This document shows, piece by piece, positions 41,770-52,682 of a stretch of 64,000 nt of DNA. The notes under the pieces were generated by a model, which saw only the letters and a list, made by a program, of their open reading frames with translations, had not been told where the DNA came from and did no database searches. A program made the translations under genes and the position numbers. The stretch covers positions 1,922,001 to 1,986,000 of the forward strand of contig CAKKNE010000006.1 in NCBI GenBank assembly GCA_918797485.1, given 5' to 3'. Source of the DNA: Pelagomonas calceolata (taxonomy: Eukaryota). Position 1 is the first letter of the stretch; every line of letters begins with the position of its first letter.

Positions 41770-43134
41770 CTAGAGCATGTGCGTCCGCTTGACCCACTTG
41801 TAGAAGCCGCGCATCTTCGCCGCCCAGACCGCGAAGACCACGACGAAGCTCAGGAACGCGGGCCGCCAGAGGCGCCACCGCCGCGCGAGCGACGTCTGGG
41901 CCGCGCGCCGCGCGGCGCCCGCGAGCTTCCGATCCAGCGCGCGGTACTTGGCGTCCGTGCCGCGCGCGACGAGGCCCTCGAGCCTCGCGACGCGCCGGTC
42001 CAGGTCCGACGTCGCCGCCGCCGTCGCGCGCGCCTCGAGGGCCGCGAGGCGCCGCGCCGCGCTCGTCCGCGCCGCGATGAGCTCCGCGAGCGTCCGCCTC
42101 AAGTCGTCGCGCACGGCGATGAGCTCGTGCTCGTAGGACGCCTCGACGTCCTCGATGCCGTGCAGCACGGCGTCGACGCCGCGCTCGAGCGCGTCCGCGC
42201 GCTCGGGGTCCACGGCCGGCGAGTGCCGCGCGTAGCCCGGCGCGACCGGGTCGCGGTCGGCGTCCGACGCCGCCTGGCGCCGCAGCGTGAGCGCGAGCAC
42301 GTCCTGGCGGTCCGGCGGCCGCAGGCCGTCGCCCGGCGCGTCGGCCGGGTCCGGCGCCGGCGCCGCGGCCGCGAGGCCGAGCCGCGCCGCGCGCATCCAC
42401 GCGCGGTCGTGCAGCGCGTCGAGGTCCACGCGGAAGTCGCAGAGCGTCGCGGCGCGGCGCTGGCCGGGCCGCCGCGCGGCGACGACGGTCAGCCGCGCGA
42501 AGCCCGGCTGCGGGAAGGCCTCGCCGTCCTCGACGAGCGGCGCGCCGGCGACGACCTCGAGGCGCACGGTCCGCGTCGCCCGCGCGAGGTCCGCGCCCGG
42601 CGCCGTGCGCGTGCGCAGGTCGCAGCGGCAGGACCCGGCCACGCCGACGACGCCGCGGTCGTCCCTGACGACGACGCGCGCCGCGCCGGCCGAGAGCACG
42701 ACGCCGACGGCGGCGGCGTCGGGCACGACGCGCGCGTCGTCGACGAGCGGCGCCGCGCGGAACGCCGCTTCGAGTGACGGCGCGTCCTCGGGCCGCCGCG
42801 CGACCCACAGCGCCAGGCCCGCCGCGCGCGCGGGGTCGACGGGCGCCGCGCCCTCGCCCTGGACGCGCAGCGCGAGCTCGCCCACCACCGCCACCTCGCC
42901 CAGCGGCACGCGGGACCAGAGCGCGCCGCGCCGCGCCGCGCCGCCCGTGAGCCGCACGAAGTGCTCCCAGACCCGCGCCCCGCCCGAGAGCTCCCAGAGC
43001 GGCGACGCCTGGCGGTCGCCCAGTTCGTTCGAGTGCACGAAGGGCGCCGCGAGCGACTCGCGCATGACGATCGCGCGCAGCGGCCGCGCGGGCGGCGGCG
43101 CGGCGAGGGCCAGGAGGAGGAAGAGCCAGCCCAT
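41770..43134 (-). CDS. L-type lectin membrane protein (ERGIC-53/VIP36-like)
   Basis: Signal peptide; WELSGGA...FVRLT...RGALWSRVP...GLALW; then a coiled coil, one C-terminal TM segment and a short basic tail. Confidence 0.65.
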   Translation of the reverse strand: MGWLFLLLALAAPPPARPLRAIVMRESLAAPFVHSNELGDRQASPLWELSGGARVWEHFVRLTGGAARRGALWSRVPLGEVAVVGELALRVQGEGAAPVDPARAAGLALWVARRPEDAPSLEAAFRAAPLVDDARVVPDAAAVGVVLSAGAARVVVRDDRGVVGVAGSCRCDLRTRTAPGADLARATRTVRLEVVAGAPLVEDGEAFPQPGFARLTVVAARRPGQRRAATLCDFRVDLDALHDRAWMRAARLGLAAAAPAPDPADAPGDGLRPPDRQDVLALTLRRQAASDADRDPVAPGYARHSPAVDPERADALERGVDAVLHGIEDVEASYEHELIAVRDDLRRTLAELIAARTSAARRLAALEARATAAATSDLDRRVARLEGLVARGTDAKYRALDRKLAGAARRAAQTSLARRWRLWRPAFLSFVVVFAVWAAKMRGFYKWVKRTHML

Positions 43135-43535
43135 GGGGCAGCCCCGGCTGGCCAACGAGTGGTGGTGGCAGCGCTGCCGGCGCGACCGCGGGGGCAGAGG
43201 CAGCGACGAGCCAGGACTCGCCTGCAGCGAGCACTGTGTTCAAGCTTAACAAATTTCAGGAGAGGCCTAGGAGGAAACCCGCACCAATATCCAGGCGGCG
43301 GACCGGGCACCCCCACGACTCCCATCCGCCGGGGCGGGACACGGCGAGGCATCGCCGGTACCTCTCTTCGAATCGGCCCCGCACGAAGCGCCGGCGCTAG
43401 CGCTATAGCGCGGTGCTGAGGCTCTAAGCTCCCCGACAAGAGCCAGCCGGGGAGTCCTTCGTGAAGTGTTGCTCGGCCCCTCGAGCCGCGAGCGACGAGG
43501 CTGCCCTGGAGGATGAACCACGATGAATAACTAGG

Positions 43536-46500
43536 ATGCCGTTCCGGAAAGGCGGCGAGGCGGCCCAGACCGGCCGGCGGAAGCGCAAGGGCCGGCCCTC
43601 GGCGGCGCTCGAGGCCATCCCCATGGTGCAGGCGCGCCGCAAGGCCGCGGACCTCGGGGCCGCCGAGCGGCGCGCGGAGGTGCAGCCGCCGTTTCGCCTG
43701 GCGGCGACGCTCCGCGGCTGCGCGGCGCCGCGGCGACCCGCCGCGTTCCGGCGGGGCTGGCGCGAGGCGGGCCGCCGCGTCATGATGAAGCGGCTCCACC
43801 TCGAGGTCGTCCTGCGGGACGCGGCGGCCGCGGCGGGCCTGCCGACGCAGCCGCACGCGCCCCGGGCCCTGGAGAAGGCGCACGTGCGCCTGGCGACGCA
43901 CTACCTCGCCGCCGGCGAGCACGCGCTCTGCAAGGCGCACCTCGACGAGGTGCTGCGCGGCCGCGCGGCCTACGCGTGGTACGCCCACGCCCCGCTCGAC
44001 GCCGCGTTCTACCGCCGCCTCGCCGTCTGCGAGTGCGAGCTGCACCTCCGCGACACGGCCCTGCTGGAGCTGCCCTTCGCGCGCGACGAGGCCGTCGCGG
44101 CGGCGCTCGACGCGAAGCGCGCGAAGCAGCGCCTGCAGCGCGAGCGCCACGCGAAGCTCGTCGCGAAGCGCCGGGACATGGACCGCCTCGCGGCGGCGGC
44201 CGCGGCGGCCGAGGCCAAGGAGGCCGAGCGCCGGCGCCGCGCGAAGAACAGCCGGCCGAAGATGGGCCTGAGCCGCGCGGAGCGGAAGCGGCAGCAGGCG
44301 CTCGACGAGCAGCGCCGGGACCTCGAGGCGGCGCGCCTGCGCGAGGAGGCGCGGCGCGAGGCCCTGCGGACGCCGCCGCCGTCGGAGGCGCAGCTCGCGC
44401 GCGAGGCGCTGGCGCGGGACCGCGCCCTCGCCGACGGGGCGGTCGACCGGTGCCGGGCGGCGGCCGCCGCGCGGGCGGCGCGCGCGTGGCTCGAGGACGC
44501 GCGCCTGCGGGCCGCGCGGGCCGCGTACGAGCAGTGCCTGGGGCGGCTGCCGCCGGGGCCCGCGGCGGCGTCGCGCGTCGCGCCGCTGCTCGTCGAGGCG
44601 GGCCTGGTCCACGAGCGGCTCGGGGGCCGGCGCGGCGCGGCGGCGGCGGCGAAGCTCTACGGCACGGCGATCGAGTTCTTCCCGCGGCGGCCGGGCTACC
44701 GGCGCGCGTGCTTCCGGGCCGCGCTCGCGGCGTGGCGGGCGCGGCGGCGCGGCGACGCGGGCGGCGCCGCGCGCGCGCGCGACCTCCTCGCGCTGATCGT
44801 CCCGCCGGAGCCCGGCCCGGAGGCGCCGGCGGCGCCGGAGGAATCGGAGGCGCCGGAGGAACTCGCGACCCCGGAGGAGGAGGCGACCCCGGCGCCGGCA
44901 CCCGCGCCGGAGCCTCCGCCGGCGCCGGCGCCGGCGCCGGCGCCGGCCGCGGCCGAGGCCGTCGACGAGGCGCCCGCGCCGACGCCGCCGCCGCCGCCCG
45001 AACAGATCGCGGAGCAGGGCGGCGCGCTCCGCTGGTACCAGAGGCTCCTGGGCCCGCGCGTGGTCGCCGCCGAGTCGGACTCGGACTACTCGGACTCGTC
45101 GTCGTCGTCCTCCTCGTCGTCGGAGTCGGACTCGGACTCGGAGTCGTCCGAGGAGGAGGGCACGCTGACGCGCGCGCAGCAGGTGAAGAAGATGGCGCGC
45201 GCGAAGGCCAAGGCCGCCGCGCTCGAGGCCAAGGCCAAGGCCGAGGAGGAGGAGCGGCAGCGCATCGTCGCGGAGCGCCGCGCGGCGTCGGCGGCCTACC
45301 GGCGCGCCAAGGCCCAGTACATCCTCGCGGACCTGGACAAGCGCATGGCGGCGTGGCGCGCGCGGCCGCGGCGGACGCGCTACGGCGACGACGCGCTGTG
45401 CCTGCTCCTCTACGCCCTGGCGCTCGAGGCGGCGCCCGCCGAGGCGGCCGTCGAGGCGCCGGCCGGAGACGACGCGTCGCTCGCCTCGACCGGCGAGGCG
45501 GCGCCGCCCGAGGCGCACCTCCCGGCGCCCGCCGCCGCCCCGGAAACGGGGGCCCCGGCGCCGGCGCCGGCTGCGGCGCCGCGGCCGTGGCGGACGCCGG
45601 ACGCGCTCCGCGACCGCGCGTTCCGGCTGTCCCGCGACCTCGACCAGTTCGACGCGGCGCGCCACGACGGCCCCCGGAGCTGGCTCGGCGACCGCCGGAC
45701 GTGGCGCGCGCTCGCCGAGGCCGCGGCGGCGCGCGGCGAGCCCGTGCTCGCCGTCGAGTGCTACGAGCGCGGCCTGGCCCTCGCCTACGTGTCGCCGCTG
45801 CGGCGGGCCCAGACGGACCCCGAGCGCGTCGCCGCGTACGACCGCGACGACGACGTCGCGCTGCTGCTCGCGGCCGGGCGCCAGCACATGCTGCTGCGGG
45901 ACCCCGCGCGGGCGCGGCGGTGCGCCGACGCCGCGTTCGGCCTCGACGAGTGGGACCCGCGCGCGCGGCGCGTGCAGATGGCGTTTGACCCGGAGGTCTT
46001 CGACCGCGCGCGCGCCGAGGAGGCCGCGGCGAACGTCCTGCAGAAGAAGTTCTGGCGCGGGCGCGTGTGGTGGCCGCCGTTCTGGGCCCGCGTGAAGGCG
46101 CACCGGATCGCGGTGGCCGAGGCCCTCGTGGAGGCCGACCGCTGGGGCCACTACGCCGCGCGCGAGGACCTGCGGTACTACTACCCCAAGAAGTGGTTTT
46201 GCCTGCTCCTCTACGAGGACCACGTCGTCGCCGTCGCCCAGCGGTTCATACGGCGGGTCCTCGACTACCGGACGAAGGTGCTGCTCGACGCGGCGCGCCA
46301 CCTGCGGACGGTGAACGCGGCGCTGTCCGCCTTTACCAGGGCGCCGTGCGACGGCGCGGCGCGCGCCCGCTGCCGCGAGGTCGCGCGCGATCCGCGGACG
46401 CTCGCGGACCACGCTATTGTCGGCGCCGCCGCCCGCATCGTCGAGGAGGACGCGGCGGTCGTCGTGCTCCAGTGCCTGGCGCGGCGCCGCCAGGCCGCGG

Positions 46501-48312
46501 CCCGCTTCGCGGTCGTCAAGGACGAGTGGGAGTGCGCCGAGTACGACCGCGAGATGCGCCTCGACGCGCTGCGGCGCGAGGCCGACGACGCGGTGGCGCG
46601 GTGCTGGCGGTTCGAGGCGTGCCGCGCGGCGGCGACGCGCATCCAGGCGCGGGCGCGGGGCGTCAACGCGCGCGCGACCGCGAAGCGCGTCGCCGCGCTC
46701 CGCGTCTTCCACGCGGCGTGCGTCGTGTTGCGCGCCACGCGCCAGCTCGCCCACGCGCGGCGGGTCATGATGCGCGCGGCCGAGGCCTTCGACGGCCGCA
46801 TCGTCCTCGCGCGCGCGCTGCAGCGCGCGTGCCGTTCCGCGTCCTTCTTGATTGACCGACCTTGCTTCCAGCGGTGGTTTTCGTTAATCCGCACAATCGA
46901 CGACGGCTCACCGGCGCGTCGCGCGCAGGCTCCGCCGGCGCCTGGCGGCGCGCGGCGTCTGCGCCCTGTTCGCACAGGCGCGGTGGCGCGGCCGCGCGGG
47001 CCGGAAGGTCGCGCGCCTGGCCTGGGTCCGCGCGAACGCGGCCGCGACGTTCGCCGAGAAGTGGCGGTGCCTCGCGCACCGGCGGCGCTACGCGGTCCTG
47101 CGGCGGCGGCTCGCCGGGCGGCGGGACGCGGTCCCGCCGCGGACGATGGAGACGGTCGCGCGGCTCGTCGAGGCGGCGCGCCGCGACGCGGCCGCCGCGG
47201 CCGACGCCGGCGCGGGCCAGCGGCCGACGACGGCCGCGCGGCCCGTCTGGGTGGCGCCGGGCCTCCGGGGCGAGGCCATCGCGCGGCGGACGAGCCTCGC
47301 GGCGCTGCCCGACGCCGCCAAGGAGGGCGGCCACCCGCTGGCCGGCGCGGCCGCGGCGCTCTTCGCGCTGCACCTCCGCGCGTGGAACTGCGCGCTGCGC
47401 ACGGTCGTAGTCGTCGCCGCGCCCGTAGACACCGACCTCGCGGCGGCGCTCGGCGGCTGCCGCACGCTGCGGGAGCTGTGCCTCGTCGACGGCCGGCTCG
47501 GCCCCGAGGCCCTCGCCGCGCTCTGGGGCGCGGTCCGCGCGGCCGGGCTGCGGCTCGAGGCGGTGCGCGTCGACGACGCGCACCACCACCGGCGCCTGGC
47601 GCCGGGCGCGGCGCGGGCCGCGCGCTACGGCGACGTCGGAAGGGCGGTCGGCGCGTGCGTCGGCGACTACGTCTTCCGCCAGGTCGGCCGCCTGCGCGCC
47701 GTCGCGCTCGTGCGGGGCGGCCTCGGGGACGCCGCCGTCGAGTGGATCGGGCGCGCGCTCGCGGCCTGCGACCTCGTCGAGTTGCTTCTGGACGACAACC
47801 GCGTCGGCGACGGCGGCGCCGCGGCGCTGGCCGGCGGCCTCGCCGCCAACGGGAGCCTGCGGGTGCTGGGGCTCGCAGACAACTGCGTCACGAACGTCGG
47901 GTTGGGGGCGCTCCTGGGCGCGCTGCGGACGCGCCCGGCCGGCGGCGACGGCGGCGCGGCCCGCCTCGACCTCGCGCGCAACCACACCGACGACCGGCTC
48001 GCGCCCTGGATCTGCCAATATGCGCCCCTGCTGGCGCGGGACCCGGCCTTCTGGGGGCTGGCGCTCGAGGGCAACGCGTGGCGTCCGACGCCGCTCGCGC
48101 GTGTCTACGCGGCGCGCGACGCGGCGGCGGCGGCGGCGCGCGAGGGCGCCGTGCGCGCGCGGACGCCGCCGCCGCGGAACCGCCTGGCGACCGTCGTCGA
48201 GCGCCGGCGCCCGCCGAAGGCGGCTCCGTCGCCGCGCCAGTTCCTCCGCACGCTCGCGTCGACGAAGCGGACGCTTGTCTCTCCTTTGACGACGTCGCGC
48301 GAAAAAGAATAA
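43536..48312 (+). CDS. Large TPR/IQ/leucine-rich-repeat protein; exons 43536-46828 and 46929-48312
   Basis: TPR-like helices, IQ-like motifs (LQKKFWRG, IQARARG, AQARWRG) and RNI-type LRRs (LLLDDNRVGDGGAAALA, LGLADNCVTNVG). A 100-nt GT-AG intron joins the frames. The start is uncertain. Confidence 0.7.
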
Positions 48313-48504
48313 TATATTTTGTTGATTATTACAATATATACATAGCATAGTTTGTTCAATCTCATATTAGCGTAGTTGACCCAACTCGCGACTAATTAAA
48401 AGCGTTTGCTCGCAAGTCTGCAAAGCGTTTCTCAAGTACGTCTTCCCCGTGCCGCTCGCGGCGCTCAAAACGCAGAGGTATTACTTTTCGCAGGTGAGGA
48501 AGAG

Positions 48505-49564
48505 ATGAGAGTGCTTTGCTCGCTAGCATTGATAGCATCGGCGGCCGCAGAGGGTCACGACGGCCACGACCATGGTGGAGCCTCTTATGAGCGAGTGGCC
48601 GCGTCTGAATCGACGCGCTTCAACGAGTCCTGAAGGTGCGACTACTAAGGTCACGTTCAACACACAGGTGGGGCGCCATCTTCGAGCTCCACAAGGGCGA
48701 GGACTACACCTGGCGCGCGCAGAAGGTGGACAATGCCTACGCCGATCCCATGATGAAATTGGTGGTCCACCCGGCGACGGACGGCACGATGGAGGCGCTC
48801 GAGGCGCTCGAGGGCGAGGCCGGCGAGCTCATGGAGGGCGCGTGCACGGACGTCAAGGCGGGCGAGACCATCACGCCGGGCGAGACGTGCTACAACCTCG
48901 TCTTCGACGCAGCGGCGGCCGAGACCACGTTCGTTGTCCGCCCGACGGACGACGGCCAGGAGCCCCACGACGCGTTCTTCGCGTTCTTCGCGGAGCACGT
49001 GCCCACGGAGTTCGAGAACGACATCCACTACCTCCAGGACGCCGCGGGCGCCGACGTCGAACCCTGTGCAGAAATCAAATTTCGCGGTGCATCTCCGCTT
49101 GCGGCTGAATCATAACTTCCACGCCATCGACGCGACGCCTGCTCGATGGCGTGGCGGTGTGGGTCTTACCGCACCCGACTCACTGGTTGATTTCCACACA
49201 GGTCGAACCCGTCGTCGAGGAGGGCGGCGGCGGCCACGACGGCCACGACCACGACGACCACGGGCACGGGCACGGCCCCTACGAGTGGATCGGCGTCTTC
49301 GAGCTCGCGGACGGCGAGCCCTACACGTGGACGGCGGACAAGGTGGGCGAGAAGTACGCCGACGCGACCATCTACGTCTACGTCGCGGCGACGGAGGCCG
49401 CGCACACGTTCCTCCACAAGCCGCTGTCGATCTGCATGAAGTTCGGCGTCTTCATCTGCTTCGCCATCGGCGCGGTGGCCATCGGCCTCGTGCTCCTGGA
49501 CCACGAGCACTGCTCGGGCAACGAGGGCGGCTCGGGCGACGCGCACGCGGGCCACAACCACTAG
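48505..49564 (+). CDS. Short ZIP-transporter paralogue: signal peptide, His-rich extracellular module and only the last TM helices; exons 48505-48590, 48668-49055, 49202-49564 (278 aa)
   Basis: The spliced frame is continuous. The C-terminus YVYVAATEAA...FAIGAVAIGLVLLDHEHC...HAGHNH parallels the end of the neighbouring ZIP gene. Confidence 0.65.
49056..49201 (+). mobile_element. Introner element forming a GT-AG intron
   Basis: Perfect 8-bp TSD GTCGAACC (49056-49063, 49202-49209); TIRs CTGTGCAGAAATCAA / TTGATTTCCACACAG; internal hairpin CCACGCCATCGA...TCGATGGCGTGG. Confidence 0.92.
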
Positions 49565-49610
49565 GCGCCGCTTCAACGAACACTACCCCTCTCCCTCCCC
49601 CCCCCCCCCG

Positions 49611-49856
49611 GACGCGACCGCAACGTCGCGTCCGCCTCCACGTAGTAGTCGCGGGCCGCCGGCGTAAGGCTTCCGCACGGACTCGTTGGCCAGACGCGAC
49701 AGCAACTGTCGCGTCCGCCTCCACGTAGTAGTCGCGGGCCGCCGGCGTAAGGCTTCCGCACGGACTCGTTGGCCAGACGCGACAGCAACTGTCGCGTCCG
49801 CCTCCACGTAGTAGTCGCGGGCCGTCGGCGTAAAGCTTCCGCACGGACTCGTTGGC
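49611..49856. repeat. Three tandem ~83-bp units between convergent genes
   Basis: Units start at 49611, 49693 and 49776; each begins with the hairpin GACGCGACAG-CAA-CTGTCGCGTC (imperfect in unit 1). Confidence 0.9.
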
Positions 49857-49919
49857 TGGCATGAGACTTAGGGGGAGGGGGGTCAGCGTCGGTCGCGGCG
49901 CCGCCTCGGAGAGGGGGAC

Positions 49920-52148
49920 TTAGTGGTTGTGGCCGGCGTGCGGGTCGGCCTCGCCGTCGGCGACCTTGACGCCGCAGTGCTCGTGGTCCAGGAGGATGAG
50001 GCCGATGCCGATCGCGCCGAGGGCGAAGCAGGCGACGAGCCCCATCCGCTTCGCGGGCGAGAGCCGGCCGACCTCGTGGAGAATCTCGCCCGCGGCCTCG
50101 GTGCACGCGACGTACGTGTAGACGCCCGCGGAGAAGGCGAGCAGGATGCCCTGCGTGCCCATGCCGGGCTCGAGCCAGAGGTACCACATGGCGCCGATCA
50201 TGACCGACACGCCGGACACAAAATTCACGGCGCAGGCCTGGGGCACCGTGAGGCCGCCGGGCCCGACGAGCAGGAAGAAGTCGCCGAACTCCTGGACGAG
50301 CTCGTGATAAATTGTACCCGCCGTCACGACCCAGCCCTGGCCGCTCTCGCACCGCAGGAACGAGTGGGCGATGAAGATGCCGTCGACGAAGTTGTGCCAG
50401 AAGTCGCCTGTGTGGAAATCAAAATTTTACGGCGCGTTCGTGCTGAATCTTCGCGTCGACCTCCACGCCATCGATGCGACGCCTGCTCGATGGCGTGGCG
50501 ATGCCGGTTCCTCGCCGCTCGACCGAGCCAAGACGGCCGCGTCATCGCCGAGAAATGACTTAGTGAACCCGACGCACTGGTTGATTTCCACTCAGGAAGT
50601 CGCCGAAGAAGATGTTGAAGCAGAACGCGTAGTCCGGCGCCGCCTCCTCCGCCTCGGCGACGGCCGCCTCGTCCACCCCGACGTCCTTCGCGTCGGCCGG
50701 CGTCGCCTCGGCGGCCTTGAGCGCGCTGCCCAGGCCCTTGACCTCGCGCGGGAACGCGAGCTCGGTCAGCAGCCCGAGCAGGTAGCCGCCGAGCACCGCC
50801 GTGCCCCAGCGCCAGACGACGTCGACCTCGCCGGGCCAGCGCGCGCCCACGAGGTGGCTGCCCTCGATCATCATCAGAAAAACCGCGCAGCCGAAGAGCG
50901 CGCCCGTGCCCATGGCGCTCGCGAAGGGGATGATCGCGCGCGCGCGCACGATCGCGTCCTTGAGCGCGAGCCGCGACAGCGCGCCGGCGAAGGTGCACAG
51001 CAGCACGATGAACGTCGCGAGCATCGAGTGGCGCCACGCGTAGCCCTCGTCGAAGGACAGCTCCGTCTCCGGCGGCCCGGCGGGGACCTCGAGGACCGGC
51101 TCGACGTCGTCGCCGTGGTCGTCCTTCAGGTAGTGGCTGTCGAGCTCGAACTCGATGGGGAAGTGCTGCGCGTAGAAGCCGTACTTGCCCGAGCCGCCGG
51201 TGGGCACTTCCAGGAGGTAGGTCGAGGTGTAGAGGTTCGTGTCGAAGATGAGCTTGTTGCACGTACCGAACGCGATGGGCTCGCTCGAGTGGACGTCCAC
51301 GCAGGTGTTGTTGGCGCTGAGGCGGCGGTGCCCGTGGGAGTGGCCGCCGCCGCCGCCCTCCTCGAAGAGCGGCTCCACATCAACGTCGTTGGAGTCCTGG
51401 AGGTAGTGTTTGTTGTGTTCGAATTCGATGGGCACGTGCTCCGCGAAGATGGCGACGTAGCCGTCCGCGGCCATCGTGAACGTCGTCTCCACCGCGGCGG
51501 CGTCGAAGGTCAGCTGCTTGCACGTGCCGTCGGTTGCCACGGACCCGCCGGCGGCCACCGTCGCGCACGACGCCGCCTCGAGCGCGGTCGTGGCGGCCGC
51601 CTCGGCGCCCTCGAGCGCCTTCCCGAGGTGGTCCTCGGACTCGCTCGCCGGCGTCACCGCCATCACGACGATCTTCATCGCCGGGTCGGCGTAGTCCTTC
51701 AGGTTCTCGTAGTGGGCGTCGTCGTTGGCCTTGACGGCCTCCTCGGTGTTCGCGGTCACCTCCTTGATGAAGAGCTCCATCGAGTCGTCCACGTATTTAC
51801 CGTCCGTCTTCTGCGCGATCCACGCGTACTTGTGGCCGGGCGTCAGGTCGAAAACGCCCGCCCACTCGTAGCCGGCGGCCTGCGGGGGGGTCGAGCTGAG
51901 CGAGCCCGGCGCGGGGGGACGCCGGCGCGCACCTTCTGCGCCCGCCAGGTGTAGGTCTCGCCGGCATTAAATTTAAAGATGCCTGCGTCGCGGCTGCGGT
52001 GAGGCCGGGGACGCGCGCGCGTTGGTTTGTTTCCTTTGGACGCAGGCTGTGGACCAGCCCACTCGTGCGCGGCCTCGCTGCTCACCGCGGCCGGCGCGGC
52101 CGCAGCAAGGAGGAGCGCCAGCGTGCGCGGGCAGCGTCTCGCAGGCAT
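49920..52148 (-). CDS. ZIP (SLC39) zinc/iron transporter with repeated N-terminal extracellular modules; exons 52148-52055, 51982-51933, 51879-50604, 50407-49920 (635 aa)
   Basis: Signal peptide; splicing restores FGDFWHNFVDG (TM4) and HELVQEFGDF (TM5); multiple hydrophobic helices; His-rich linkers. Confidence 0.85.
50408..50603 (-). mobile_element. Introner element forming a GC-AG intron in ZIP TM4
   Basis: Perfect TSD GAAGTCGC (50400-50407, 50596-50603); TIRs CTGTGTGGAAATCAA / TTGATTTCCACTCAG; same hairpin core as the 49 kb copy. Confidence 0.92.
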
Positions 52149-52682
52149 TTTCGTGCAGTTTTGGCCAGTTTTGTGCGCCTAATCAGCCACCAACAATCTC
52201 AGAGTCTTAATAACAGAAATCGCTGAACCCCCCCCGCCTCTCTCGGAGCTCGGCCACGAAGCCGGATATGGCGCTACATTCGTGTTGACGGTCCGTGGAA
52301 AAAATTCGGCGCGCCCAGACTTGCTGATCCCGGGCGGCTCCTGTTTCACACACGCCGAGTCTCACGCACCGGCTCGCCGTCAAGGCACGTCGCGAGGGCT
52401 CCTCCGAGAGTTCCCGGCGGCCTCCGTGCGCGCGTCCCCATGACCCCGGACGACGCGCAGCGGAGAGCCCATAATTTTTGACGCTTAATTCATGGCGCAC
52501 GCCGGCGCGGCGCCATATGCGCGTCACACCGACGACGCATCGCTCGGGCCGACGACGCATGCAATCGCTCGGGCGGGGCTGCGTGCGTGAGGGCCCGTGA
52601 TCGACTGGAGCCGGGAGCGCACCAGACGGGGCTGCGTTGCGGGACGCCGGTCGCTCGGGCGGGGCTGCGCGGGGCGTCGTCG

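Noticed and set aside
49611..49856. Possible CRISPR array (palindromic repeat)
   Set aside because: The intervening sequences are essentially identical rather than unique spacers, there are no cas genes, and the context is eukaryotic.
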